Source of the DNA: Candidatus Bathyarchaeota archaeon
GTDB taxonomy: Archaea > Thermoproteota > Bathyarchaeia > Bathyarchaeales > Bathycorpusculaceae
Direction of reading: 5' to 3'
Assembly: GCA_963715865.1 (NCBI GenBank)
Contig: OY970280.1
Span: 1,952,001-2,016,000, forward strand
DNA: 64,000 nt
Shown: positions 9,939 through 19,887 of the stretch, one piece after another
Layout: every line of letters begins with the position of its first letter
Position numbering within the stretch: position 1 is the first letter of the stretch
Notes under the pieces: model-generated
Seen by the model: only the letters and a program-made list of their open reading frames with translations
The model's database searches: none
Told to the model about the DNA's origin: nothing
Program-made: the position numbers and the translations under genes

Positions 9939-11126
9939 ATGGTTAAAGTAACCCTAAAAGAAGGAATAAACTGGGTTGGAGTTGTTGATTGGAACCTACG
10001 AGACTTTCACGGCTATGTTACCCGCCGAGGAAGCACCTACAATGCATACTTGATTTCAGATGATAAAACAGCGCTCGTAGACACTGTGAAGAGCACGTTC
10101 TCCAACGAGCTTATCGAGAACATCTCGGAGTTAACAAGCTTTGAAAAAATCGATTATATAATAGTTAATCATGTGGAGATGGACCATTCAAGCAGCTTGC
10201 CCATAATTGCGAAGCTTGCGAAAAACGCCAAGATACTTGCTTCTCAAAGAGGAAAAGACGCTTTAATCGAGCATTATGGGGCAGACTTCAGTAGGGTTGA
10301 AACTGTGAAAACTGGCGATGAGCTTAAGCTTGGAAAGAGAACATTGCGGTTTCTTGAGGCGCCTATGCTGCATTGGCCAGACAGCATGTTCACCTACCTT
10401 GTCGAAGACAAAATACTGATGCCTAATGACGCGTTCGGTCAGCACCTTGCCAGTTCAGGACGGTTTGATGATGAGGTTGATGAGCATGTGCTTATGGAAG
10501 AAGCCATAACGTATTACGCTAACATCTTGATGCCGTTTGCGCCGCTCATTACACGTAAGATTCAGGAAGTTGTTCAAATGGGGATACCTATCGACATGAT
10601 AGCGCCAAGCCACGGCATCATTTGGCGAAAGGACCCATCGAAGATAATTAATGCTTACTTGAACTGGAGCTCAGGCACAGCTAAACAGAAGGTGGTTATT
10701 GTTTTTGATACCATGTGGGGCAGCACTGATAAAATGGCAAGAGCCATCGCTGACGGCGTAATCAGCCAAGGCGTCGAGGTTAAGCTGCTTAAGCTTCGAG
10801 CTACAGATAACACCGATGTAGTAACTGAAATTCTTGATGCTAAAGCCGTTCTTGTGGGTTCGCCAACGCTGAACAATCAAATGTTCCCCACCATTGGCTC
10901 GTTTCTAACGTACATTACTGGTTTGAAGCCTAAAGGTAAACTGTGGAGTTTCTTTGGCTCTTACGGCTGGGGAGGCGGCGCCGTTAAAGGCATGATTGAA
11001 ACAGCGAAAAAGGCTGGCTTCGAAGTGTATGAACCAGGCGTCGAAGTGAAATATGTTCCAGACCAAGAGGATATAAAGAAATGCTTTGAATTCGGGCAAC
11101 AAATAGCCCAAAAAATCAAAGCCTAA
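9939..11126 (+). CDS. fprA: Flavodiiron protein (FprA, A-type flavoprotein)
   Basis: HVEMDH, HWPD, DAFG and APSHG metallo-beta-lactamase diiron motifs; flavodoxin C-domain (TMWGST, GSYGW). Confidence 0.93.
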   Translation: MVKVTLKEGINWVGVVDWNLRDFHGYVTRRGSTYNAYLISDDKTALVDTVKSTFSNELIENISELTSFEKIDYIIVNHVEMDHSSSLPIIAKLAKNAKILASQRGKDALIEHYGADFSRVETVKTGDELKLGKRTLRFLEAPMLHWPDSMFTYLVEDKILMPNDAFGQHLASSGRFDDEVDEHVLMEEAITYYANILMPFAPLITRKIQEVVQMGIPIDMIAPSHGIIWRKDPSKIINAYLNWSSGTAKQKVVIVFDTMWGSTDKMARAIADGVISQGVEVKLLKLRATDNTDVVTEILDAKAVLVGSPTLNNQMFPTIGSFLTYITGLKPKGKLWSFFGSYGWGGGAVKGMIETAKKAGFEVYEPGVEVKYVPDQEDIKKCFEFGQQIAQKIKA

Positions 11127-11232
11127 CCCTTTCCCTTTTCCATGCGACAGCCTAATTATTTATCTTTTGTTTTAGCTAAGCCCACACCAAGAGAGCGGTT
11201 AGCCCCAAGTTTAATATCCTAAACTAAACAAA

Positions 11233-12675
11233 ATGGGACAGGCGAGTTTCCTGTTGAACAAGTTTCATTGGGATTTGGGCATCCTTCTTGCAGTTCTTTT
11301 GTTAAGCACTTTAGCTATGAACGCTACATCGGGCCAAACCGCGAGTTCTACAACTGGTTCTGCGCCTGCCACAGAATGGCAAAAAGCCTATGGGAACAAT
11401 AGTGTCGAATCAATATCCAACATGGTTCAAACAAGTGACGGCGGATACGCTTTCTTGGATTTAGGCTGGGCATATCAGTTCACTTTTACACCATCCACCT
11501 TTTACAAGATTGATTCTTCAGGTAACGTGCAATGGCAAAAAACGTTCAATTTGTTTTCGGCGGCTAGCTTTGTTCAAACAAGTGATGGAGGATATACAAT
11601 ATTGGGGGCATGGTCTACGTACGGCACAACTTATGAAAACACTCCTACGCTTATTAAAACCGATTCAAAAGGAGACATAAAATCGGTTGAAAACTATTCT
11701 ATTGGAATCGGTGGACAAATCTTGCTTACTAGCGACGGCGGGTTTGCCGTATTAAGTGGAGGCGCAAACCTGCTATACTACCCTAGTACCAGTAGCGCAA
11801 CTATCACCAAAACTGATTCACATGGAATAAAACAATGGAATAAAACATTTCGTGAACCTGCAAACTTTAGCGATATTAACTCAATGATTCAAACAACTGA
11901 TGGCGGCTATGCATTGATAGGTACCACAAGTTATAACGGTACAAGCGATACGATAAACCTTTATTTCTGGATGGTAAAGACTGATTCACAAGGCAACTTG
12001 GTTTGGAGTCGAGAGTATGGAGATGGACTTACGACTGTAAACCCAAACCTGCCTTTTGGTTATGCTAAAGACTTAGGATTGAACAGAGATGTATCAGGCG
12101 ACAATGAAGCCTTTTCTGTCGTTCAAACATCCGACGGCGGCTATGCTTTTGTAGGAAGAAGCTTTCCTCAAGACCATGCCGTTACAATGTTGGTCAAGAC
12201 CGATTCGAACGGCAATATTGAGTGGAACCAAACCTTCGATGGCGGATATGCGTCATCTCTTATTCAGACAAGTGATGGAGGATTAGCTTTTGCAGGGTCC
12301 GGAGGAATATATAAAATCGATTCAAATGGCAATATTCAATGGACAAAAGGAGACGTAACATTTCCGAGTTTAAGTATTATACCTTCTCTTCTCGGCGTAT
12401 CATCTCTTATCGAAACATCAGACGGTGCGCTTGCAGGACTGGGTGTTGGAAACCCTGATGGGAATCCTCGTATGGGTACTATTTACTTGTTTAAGACAGA
12501 AGCGTTTTTGCCTTTGCCGACGCCCTCGCCAACGCCGATACCAGCTCAAATGCTTAACACTTCAGTTTCAGCATTGACTATCGGCACTGTAGTTGTGGTT
12601 GTCCTAATTATAGCGGTTTTTCTGCTCTTTTACTTGAAGAAAAATAGGAAAAGCGAAAATAAGCTTACAGTTTAA
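11233..12675 (+). CDS. Cell-surface beta-propeller-like repeat protein with C-terminal TM anchor
   Basis: Signal sequence, about six QT(S/T)DGG(Y/F/L) repeats with K(T/I)DSxG..W, PT-rich stalk, TM helix and basic tail. Confidence 0.7.
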   Translation: MGQASFLLNKFHWDLGILLAVLLLSTLAMNATSGQTASSTTGSAPATEWQKAYGNNSVESISNMVQTSDGGYAFLDLGWAYQFTFTPSTFYKIDSSGNVQWQKTFNLFSAASFVQTSDGGYTILGAWSTYGTTYENTPTLIKTDSKGDIKSVENYSIGIGGQILLTSDGGFAVLSGGANLLYYPSTSSATITKTDSHGIKQWNKTFREPANFSDINSMIQTTDGGYALIGTTSYNGTSDTINLYFWMVKTDSQGNLVWSREYGDGLTTVNPNLPFGYAKDLGLNRDVSGDNEAFSVVQTSDGGYAFVGRSFPQDHAVTMLVKTDSNGNIEWNQTFDGGYASSLIQTSDGGLAFAGSGGIYKIDSNGNIQWTKGDVTFPSLSIIPSLLGVSSLIETSDGALAGLGVGNPDGNPRMGTIYLFKTEAFLPLPTPSPTPIPAQMLNTSVSALTIGTVVVVVLIIAVFLLFYLKKNRKSENKLTV

Positions 12676-13175
12676 GCTATTTTCATGAATTTTTCTTTCG
12701 GCGTAGCGCAGATTGGGCACTTGTCGGGTGTTGAGCCTTCAAATGTGTTGCCGCAGACAGGGCAAACGTAATAGTCAGCTTTTGCAGGTTGCTTTTTGTT
12801 TTTCAATGCGTCCAGCGCTTTCTGGTAGAGGGCTGCGTGGATTTGTTCAACCTTGTTTGCGTAGTCAAAGCTCATTTCAGCCTGTTTATTTCCTTCCTTT
12901 TTTGCGTCAGCGAGGAAGTCTGGGTACATTTTTTTGAACTCGTATGTTTCGCCTGATACGGCTGTGCCAAGGTTATCAGTGGTTGATTTTACCTGCCCCA
13001 TGACTCTTAGATGGTTGAGGGCGTGGACGGTTTCTGCTTCAGCAGCAGCTTTAAACAGTTTAGCAATTTGAGGGAAGCCTTCTTCCTCTGCCTTCTTAGC
13101 GAAAGCCAAATACATCCTGTTAGCTTGGGATTCGCCTGCGAAGGCAGCCTTCAAGTTCTCATTGGTTTGAGTCAT
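12672..13175 (-). CDS. rbr: Rubrerythrin
   Basis: AFAGESQA, EAETVHA, EQIH and C-terminal CPVCG...CPIC rubredoxin domain. Confidence 0.93.
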   Translation of the reverse strand: MTQTNENLKAAFAGESQANRMYLAFAKKAEEEGFPQIAKLFKAAAEAETVHALNHLRVMGQVKSTTDNLGTAVSGETYEFKKMYPDFLADAKKEGNKQAEMSFDYANKVEQIHAALYQKALDALKNKKQPAKADYYVCPVCGNTFEGSTPDKCPICATPKEKFMKIA

Positions 13176-13301
13176 AAACTCACCAGAAAATACTAAATCA
13201 AATGCAGATAATAAGCTATACTAAAACGGGTTGGTTATCTTTAAAGTAAAGTATATTAGGTGTAAACTACTTTGGTTTTGTTTGATTTTTGGTGAAAATT
13301 A

Positions 13302-13913
13302 ATGGAGAAAATAAAATCTTTTACTCTACCAAAACTGCCGTATGATTACAATGCTCTTGCACCCTACATTTCGGAGCAGCAACTAAAACTTCATCATGAC
13401 AAGCACCATCAAGGCTACGTAAACAGCGCAAACGCGGCTTTTGAAAAACTTGACAAGGCACGCAGTGAAAACGCGGAAATCGACATGAAAGCCACGCTCA
13501 AAGAGTTAAGCTTCAATGTTGGCGGACACATCTTGCACTCGATTTTCTGGGAAAACATGGCGCCAGCCGGTAAAGGCGGCGGAAAACCAGGCGGAGCCGT
13601 AGCTGACATGATTGACATGGGATTTGGAAGCTTTGAGCGTTTCAAAAAAGAATTCACTACTGCTGCTACAAGCGTTGAAGGTTCAGGATGGGCTGCTTTA
13701 GCCGTTCACCCATGCATTGGCAGGCCGCTTATAATGCAAATCGAAAAACACAACGTTAACGTTTACCCGTCATTCAAGATTCTCATGGTTTTGGATGTGT
13801 GGGAGCACGCTTATTACGTTGACTACAAGAATGAACGCGCAAAGTTCGTTGAAGCCTTCTGGAACATTGTCAACTGGGATTACGTAAACAAAAACCTAAG
13901 CCTCGTAAAGTAA
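13302..13913 (+). CDS. sod: Fe/Mn superoxide dismutase
   Basis: [18 protein letters not shown] and DVWEHAYY motifs. Confidence 0.95.
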   Translation: MEKIKSFTLPKLPYDYNALAPYISEQQLKLHHDKHHQGYVNSANAAFEKLDKARSENAEIDMKATLKELSFNVGGHILHSIFWENMAPAGKGGGKPGGAVADMIDMGFGSFERFKKEFTTAATSVEGSGWAALAVHPCIGRPLIMQIEKHNVNVYPSFKILMVLDVWEHAYYVDYKNERAKFVEAFWNIVNWDYVNKNLSLVK

Positions 13914-13993
13914 GCCTTCGCTTACCTTTTTCTTTAGTTCATAACACTTTTGTTAATAAAAATAGAAGCGCCCCAAAAATCAGCGCTTGCCTT

Positions 13994-14323
13994 TTAGGGT
14001 GGCGGAGTTATTTTTATCGCTTGCGCTGGGCACTGCATTTCGCAGGCTAAGCATTGTATGCAGTCGTTTTCGCGGGCAGGGTCAGATTTCCTTTCAGAAA
14101 GCGGGTGCCCAGGAGATTCAGCCCAATCATACAATGAAACTGGGCAAACGTCTATGCATACTCCGTCTCCAATGCAGGAATCCCAGTCGACAGCGCTGGT
14201 TGTTCCATGAATTCCCAGTTTCTGTGGGGCTTCAACTGGTCCCCAAACTTTATGTCCGTTATGTTCGCCGACAACTTGTCGCTTTGTTTGAAAATCAGGG
14301 TCTATTGGCAAAAATTTCACCAA
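13994..14323 (-). CDS. zfx: Zinc-containing ferredoxin (Sulfolobus/Thermoplasma type); probable true start TTG 14311
   Basis: N-terminal extension RQVVGEHNGHKVWGPVE...GIHGT, clusters CIGDGVC...CP and CIQCLAC...CP, conserved Asp in KSDP. Confidence 0.85.
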   Translation of the reverse strand: MVKFLPIDPDFQTKRQVVGEHNGHKVWGPVEAPQKLGIHGTTSAVDWDSCIGDGVCIDVCPVSLYDWAESPGHPLSERKSDPARENDCIQCLACEMQCPAQAIKITPPP

Positions 14324-14407
14324 TTTTTTAAGGGAGGGGGCAAATATTAGGCTTTCTACCTAACGGCTTTTCCACAAAACATTTTGGGCAAGGCAGCATA
14401 ATCTAAA

Positions 14408-15196
14408 GTGGTTCGAATGGCTAGATACGATTTGCCGGCTGGCATGAGATACGCCAGTCTTGAAGAAAGAAAACAATTCTACACCAAAGAATTCAGCCTC
14501 CAAAAAGTAGCTGAGTGGTTCCAAAAATGCGATGGCAAAACCAAGTTTGCAGTAATAATAGGTAGGCACACGAGAATTTACCCGGAGAAATACAAAGAAG
14601 ATGCGTCAACCACTATAATAATCGACGAATACGCAAACTTAGAAGACGTGCACCAGCAAATAATTGAGTTTTTGCCTGAAGCAGTGTATTATGACAGAAA
14701 CGTCTACGACGAAAACGACCGCATAACGGGTCAAGAACTCGCTTTTGACCTTGACCCAGAAAACATAACCTGCCCAATTCACGGTAGCCTGGCGGATAAA
14801 ATGAAGCGTGGTCAAGGTTTGAGCTTTTGCGAGTTAGAGTTTGATATGGTGAAGCGTGAAGCAACAGAACTCTACGAATATCTTGCGAATCGCTTTTCAG
14901 AATTAAAGGTGGTTTATTCTGGCAGAGGCTTTCACATACACGTTTTAGACAAGCTAGCCTACAAGCTGAACAATCAAGAAAGGCTTAACCTTGCGCACCA
15001 AGTAAAAAAAGAAGGATTTCACATTGACGAGTGGGTGACTTCTGGAGAAATGCGTTTGATTCGGCTTCCCTACAGCCTAAACGGTTTAGTATCGAGAATT
15101 GTGTTGCCACTAAAAAAGGATGAACTAGAAAGTTTCGACGCTGTTCACGACGAAAGGTGCCTACCAAAATTCCTGAGCAAAAAGCTTACTTTTTAA
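14408..15196 (+). CDS. AEP-superfamily primase small subunit (PriS)-like paralog
   Basis: ELAFDLD, YSGRGFHIHV and RLIRLPYSL motifs plus CPIH...C; only 262 aa and no priL nearby. Confidence 0.75.
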   Translation: MVRMARYDLPAGMRYASLEERKQFYTKEFSLQKVAEWFQKCDGKTKFAVIIGRHTRIYPEKYKEDASTTIIIDEYANLEDVHQQIIEFLPEAVYYDRNVYDENDRITGQELAFDLDPENITCPIHGSLADKMKRGQGLSFCELEFDMVKREATELYEYLANRFSELKVVYSGRGFHIHVLDKLAYKLNNQERLNLAHQVKKEGFHIDEWVTSGEMRLIRLPYSLNGLVSRIVLPLKKDELESFDAVHDERCLPKFLSKKLTF

Positions 15197-15401
15197 CTTC
15201 TTTGGCTTTTTTCTCTTTCTTGGCATAGTAGGCTTTCTTTTTCTTTTCTTCTTCTGCTTTTGTTGGTTTTGTTGATTTTGCCATGAAAATCCCTAAAAAA
15301 TAGTATCTTAGAAGCAACATAAAAGCGTTTCCAGAAATCAACCGTTGAAAAGTTTATTTGGCATTTAACGTTTCTCTCTAACACGTCATTGAGGGTTTAT
15401 T

Positions 15402-16775
15402 ATGGAGCGATTCGATGTACTTGTTATAGGTTCAGGCTCTGGAATGATTGTTGCTTCTGCAGCAGTTGAGCAAGGTTTCAGAACAGCATTAGTTGAGCAT
15501 GGAAAAATGGGCGGCACCTGCATAAATGTAGGTTGTGTCCCATCAAAAATGCTTATTTACCCGGCAGACGTGGTTGCCACCCTTAAAGATGCAGGGAAAT
15601 TGGGCATCAACGCAACTGTGGATTCGGTTGATTTCAACAATATCATGACTAGGATGCATACGCTGGTTAATCATGACTCAGGGCAACAGGCAAGAGCAGT
15701 TGAAGCCACTCCTAATCTCACATGGTTTAAGGAAACAGGCGAGTTTATCTCAGATTACACCATGCAAGTAGGCTCGCACACAATTACGGCAGAAATGATC
15801 TTTATTGTTTCAGGCGCACGCACTGCAATACCACCAATCAAAGGCATAGAAAACATAGGTTACCTGACAAGCGACACTGTCCTAGAACTGCAAACGCAGC
15901 CCAAAAGCATCCTAATCGTTGGCGGAGGCTACATTGGCATGGAGTACGGGCACTTCTTCTCAGGCATCGGCACAAAAACCACCATACTCCAAAGACCCTA
16001 CCGAGTGGTGCCTGATGAGGAACCAGAAATATCTGACTTGTTAAAGAAGGAAATGCAGCAGCGAATGGAAATATACACCGGCTATGAAGCCATCGAAGCA
16101 AAACAAGAAGGCACACAAAAGGCGCTTATCGCCAGAAATCGCCAGGACGGCAGCCAAAAGGAATTCTCCGCTGAATCAGTAATGATTGCCACAGGCAGAG
16201 TATCTAACGCTGATATTTTGAAACCTGAAAAAACGGGCGTAGAACTTGACGAGCGCGGATACATAAAAGTTAACGAGTACCTTGAAACGAGCAAGAAGAA
16301 CATTTGGGCTTTCGGCGATGCAATCGGCACCCAAATGTTCAAGCATGTAGCCAACTACGAGGCAGGCGTGGCCTGGCACAACGCCATTCATGACCACAAG
16401 GTTAAAATGGATTTTTCAGCCGCGCCGCACGCGGTTTTTACCCATCCGCAAGTTGCCTCAGTCGGCTTAACAGAGGAAGAAGCCAAACAGCAAAATTACA
16501 AAATCCTAGTAGGCAAAACTCTTTACAAGGAAACAGCCATGGGTGCTGCTATGGGGTTTCCTGAAGGTTTCGTGAAAGTGATAGTTGAAAAAGAAACTGG
16601 GAAAATCCTTGGCGGCCACATAATTGGCGCTGAAGCATCGATTCTCATTCAAGAAATCGTTAACGCGATGATAACTGAAACCAGAAACTTTGCTCCCATC
16701 GCACGAGCCATGCATATTCACCCTGCCATGTCAGAGGTGGTTCAGAACGCTTTTGGCAATCTTATACCAGCATAA
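15402..16775 (+). CDS. Class I pyridine nucleotide-disulfide oxidoreductase (dihydrolipoamide dehydrogenase/mycothione reductase-like)
   Basis: GSGSG FAD motif, GGTCINVGCVPSK, GGGYIG and C-terminal HPAMSE. Confidence 0.88.
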   Translation: MERFDVLVIGSGSGMIVASAAVEQGFRTALVEHGKMGGTCINVGCVPSKMLIYPADVVATLKDAGKLGINATVDSVDFNNIMTRMHTLVNHDSGQQARAVEATPNLTWFKETGEFISDYTMQVGSHTITAEMIFIVSGARTAIPPIKGIENIGYLTSDTVLELQTQPKSILIVGGGYIGMEYGHFFSGIGTKTTILQRPYRVVPDEEPEISDLLKKEMQQRMEIYTGYEAIEAKQEGTQKALIARNRQDGSQKEFSAESVMIATGRVSNADILKPEKTGVELDERGYIKVNEYLETSKKNIWAFGDAIGTQMFKHVANYEAGVAWHNAIHDHKVKMDFSAAPHAVFTHPQVASVGLTEEEAKQQNYKILVGKTLYKETAMGAAMGFPEGFVKVIVEKETGKILGGHIIGAEASILIQEIVNAMITETRNFAPIARAMHIHPAMSEVVQNAFGNLIPA

Positions 16776-16831
16776 AACTCGCCATACTAAACAGTTATAT
16801 TCGCGTCAAACAAAGTTTAAAAGGTGAGAAT

Positions 16832-17116
16832 ATGGAGTTCTCAAAAGTTTCTGGCAAAAAAAACAATCACAAAGTTACCTTGTACGCTTTAAGCACGTGC
16901 GTTTGGTGCAAATTAACAAAGCAGTTCCTAAATGAAAACGAAATTTCATACGAGTTTGTCGATGTAGACTTACTTGACGAAGAAGATAAACAGAAAGTGC
17001 ACCAAACCATCACAAGCAAAGGCGGAAGCCTAACCTACCCAACAACCATTATTGATAACAAAGTTGTAATTACTGGTTTCCGCAAAGACAAACTCAAAGA
17101 GGCGCTGGAAATTTGA
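16832..17116 (+). CDS. Glutaredoxin-like (NrdH-type) redoxin
   Basis: CVWC active site and TYPT cis-Pro loop. Confidence 0.88.
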   Translation: MEFSKVSGKKNNHKVTLYALSTCVWCKLTKQFLNENEISYEFVDVDLLDEEDKQKVHQTITSKGGSLTYPTTIIDNKVVITGFRKDKLKEALEI

Positions 17117-17688
17117 CCGCATTGGAGCAGGTTCGCAAAAGAGCCGAAGCCGACGCCAAAACCTACGGTTACTATTTAACTCCTCAGCCTGACCTTCTGC
17201 AAGGTTTCCTTGAAGGATTAAAAATAAACGAAGACCGCTACGGCTACCCCTTATGCCCCTGCAGACTCACATCAGGCAAATTCGAGTACGACCGCGACAT
17301 AATATGCCCCTGCGACTACCGAGACCCAGACGTCGCCGAATACGGTGCATGCTACTGCAGACTCTACGTTAACAAAGCTGTTTATGAAAGCAAAATTTTG
17401 CCTGAAGTTCCAGAACGAAGACCACTCGAAAAACAAGCAAGAGCATACGCGCCCCAAGTTGCAGTTCAATCGGCGCCCACGCAAGGAGCACAAGAAAAAC
17501 CGCCAACACCAGCGCCAGCAACCCAACAAACCGCGACACAGCAACCTGAGGTCAAAAAGAAGCTATGGTATTGCAAACAATGCGGATATGTTGTTTTTAG
17601 AGAGGACCCACCGTACATTTGCCCAATATGCAAGGCTAAAAAGGAAATGTTTGCTGAAATAGAAAGCACAGTTGAATTTAACGGCTAA
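17113..17688 (+). CDS. Ferredoxin:thioredoxin reductase catalytic-type domain fused to rubredoxin (FDR-like)
   Basis: CPC, CPC and CYC motifs; Q/P/A linker; CKQC...CPIC rubredoxin domain. Confidence 0.88.
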   Translation: MTALEQVRKRAEADAKTYGYYLTPQPDLLQGFLEGLKINEDRYGYPLCPCRLTSGKFEYDRDIICPCDYRDPDVAEYGACYCRLYVNKAVYESKILPEVPERRPLEKQARAYAPQVAVQSAPTQGAQEKPPTPAPATQQTATQQPEVKKKLWYCKQCGYVVFREDPPYICPICKAKKEMFAEIESTVEFNG

Positions 17689-17690
17689 CT

Positions 17691-17840
17691 TTATTTTTGG
17701 ATTTCTATCTCGATTTTTTTCCAGTCCTCTCGTATTCCTCGAAGAGAAGTTACAGCGCCCGTTATGGTTCCGTTTAAGATTTTCTCTACAAAATCGTTGA
17801 GCGGAATTTCTTTTCCATCAACTTTTAATTTCAAGCTCAA
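17691..17840 (-). CDS. Small protein, 49 aa, resembling the MobB-associated C-terminal domain (absent from ORF track)
   Basis: Hand translation from TTG: MSLKLKVDGKEIPLNDFVEKILNGTITGAVTSLRGIREDWKKIEIEIQK*; GGTGA SD upstream. Confidence 0.65.
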   Translation of the reverse strand: MSLKLKVDGKEIPLNDFVEKILNGTITGAVTSLRGIREDWKKIEIEIQK

Positions 17841-17917
17841 ACTTGGTCACCTAGAATATTGGTTAATGTGAAGTGAGGGGTAAAAAGTTTTACGCAGACA
17901 ACAAGCGTGCAGCCTAT

Positions 17918-18484
17918 TTACACTCTTGCTGTGCCGGGTTTAACGGTAACTCTTAGCTTAGTTAAGTTCTCTTTTATCTCAGCCTTAACACCCATAGCCG
18001 CAAAGTACTCTTCAAGAAATATTCTGATGAAGTCCTTTGAAGTCTCAGAAACCAAAACCAATGTAAATTCGTTTGCAGCGTTCTTAGTTAAACGGAAAAA
18101 GTTGCAGACCTCAAGTCTAGCCAGCAATTCTTCTGCCGAATGTACCTTTGTTTTAAGCTGTTCCCAATGCGCTCGAGCTACTTCTTTGTGTTCAGTCCAA
18201 AACTTGTCCTGCTCAGGCGATGAAGCGATTAGGCGCAGGAACATGAGCCAGTGGTCAACGTCTAGGATTATGTGTTCGCCGCTAAGCAGCATGTCTATGT
18301 ATGCCTGAATTTTTTTCTTGATTGCTGGGTCTTCGAGAGCCTTGTTTTCATTGTAGAATTTTAGGGCACGGCGCATGACTTCGCTTTGTGAAACTTGTGC
18401 TTCGGTGCTTATTTTTTCTAGTAAGTCAGCTGTTGTTTTGTCGAATGCAACTGTTATTCTTGTCGGGTTCACCATAACGATCAC
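17918..18484 (-). CDS. CopG/ribbon-helix-helix regulator with C-terminal alpha/beta (V4R-like) domain
   Basis: RITVAFD...SQSEVMRRAL RHH pattern; the C-domain fold is inferred. Confidence 0.7.
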   Translation of the reverse strand: MIVMVNPTRITVAFDKTTADLLEKISTEAQVSQSEVMRRALKFYNENKALEDPAIKKKIQAYIDMLLSGEHIILDVDHWLMFLRLIASSPEQDKFWTEHKEVARAHWEQLKTKVHSAEELLARLEVCNFFRLTKNAANEFTLVLVSETSKDFIRIFLEEYFAAMGVKAEIKENLTKLRVTVKPGTARV

Positions 18485-18691
18485 TTGCAGTATTTAACAT
18501 GTTTTCAAATTATTGGAAATTATATAAACATTACGCAATTACACACAGATAATACTTTGCAAATTTAGAGCATAAAATTATATTATTAAACAAATGTTAA
18601 AAGAGCCAAATTTGTCAGGGTCAAAAATCTTTTATTCACTGCCCTATTTACTTCATTAATACCGATTATGCTTCTAAGGAGAAATCCCTGA

Positions 18692-19351
18692 ATGAAAAGA
18701 CCAGAAACATACCTTGAACCCAAACAGAGAGCAGCAAAAGTAATCGAACTGCTCGAAAAAGAGTACCCCAACGCAAAAACCGCCCTAAACTATTCCAATC
18801 CTTTGGAAATGCTCGTAGCCACCATGCTTTCTGCCCAAACAACCGATGAAAGAGTCAATATAGTAACCAAAACCCTGTTTAAAAAATACCGCACACCTGA
18901 AGACTACGCTAACGCTGATTTAAAAGAGTTAGAACAAGATATACGTTCAACAGGTTTCTACCATAACAAAGCCTTGAATTTGAAAAAATGTTGCCAACTC
19001 CTAGTCCAAAAATACAATTCGCAAGTACCTAAAACAATGGAGGAATTAATGGAGCTTTCAGGTGTCGCGCGAAAAACCGCCAACATAGTGTTATACAACG
19101 CTTACGGCATAACTGCTGGCATAGCAGTTGACACCCATGTCCGCAGGCTCTCACAGCGGCTTGGGCTTTCAGAGCAAAATGATCCTGCTAAAATAGAACA
19201 GGACCTAATGCAAATTACTCCGAAAGAGAAGTGGATGCAACTTACCGATTTGTTGATTTTTCATGGAAGGCAAATATGCATAGCTAGAAAACCTAAATGC
19301 GAAATATGCGTTCTCAATAAGATTTGCCCGTGTGCTTTTGCTTTTGGCTAA
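18692..19351 (+). CDS. nth: Endonuclease III
   Basis: LSAQTTD, HhH GVARKTAN, AVDTHV and C-x6-C-x2-C-x5-C [4Fe-4S] motif. Confidence 0.95.
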   Translation: MKRPETYLEPKQRAAKVIELLEKEYPNAKTALNYSNPLEMLVATMLSAQTTDERVNIVTKTLFKKYRTPEDYANADLKELEQDIRSTGFYHNKALNLKKCCQLLVQKYNSQVPKTMEELMELSGVARKTANIVLYNAYGITAGIAVDTHVRRLSQRLGLSEQNDPAKIEQDLMQITPKEKWMQLTDLLIFHGRQICIARKPKCEICVLNKICPCAFAFG

Positions 19352-19406
19352 AAAGCATCACCAATTTATACACCTTCGTCTTTCATAGAATTGAGGATTG
19401 TTTTTA

Positions 19407-19886
19407 ATGGTAAGCCAAATTAAAGTCGGAGATAAAGCACCGAATTTCACTTTGCCCGATGTTGACTTGAAACCGAGAAGCCTAAAAGAATTTATGGGTC
19501 AAAAAACCGTGTTAGCCTTTTTCGTTGGCGCATTCACTTCAACATGCACAAAGGAGATGTGTGAATTTCGTGATTCCATGGCTCGGCTTATTGATTTGAA
19601 GACCCAAGTCATTGGAATAAGTGTAAACGACCCTTTCTCGAACAAAACTTTTGCAGAAAAAAACAGGCTGCCCTTTCCAATACTAAGCGACTACAAACGT
19701 GAAGTCATCAAAACCTACGGATTGGAGTTGCCTAATTTCGCTGGACTCAATGGTTACACGGTTGCCAAGCGTTCAATTTTCATTCTCGACGAGAACGGCA
19801 CAGTGAGGTACGCTTGGATTTCTGATGATCCAGCTGTTGAACCAAACTATCAGGAAATACAAAAAACGCTGGAGAAAATGAAGTAG
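19407..19886 (+). CDS. Peroxiredoxin (BCP/PrxQ type)
   Basis: AFTSTCTKEMC (CxxxxC) and AKRSIFILD; the first ATG is used as start. Confidence 0.9.
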   Translation: MVSQIKVGDKAPNFTLPDVDLKPRSLKEFMGQKTVLAFFVGAFTSTCTKEMCEFRDSMARLIDLKTQVIGISVNDPFSNKTFAEKNRLPFPILSDYKREVIKTYGLELPNFAGLNGYTVAKRSIFILDENGTVRYAWISDDPAVEPNYQEIQKTLEKMK

Positions 19887-19887
19887 G

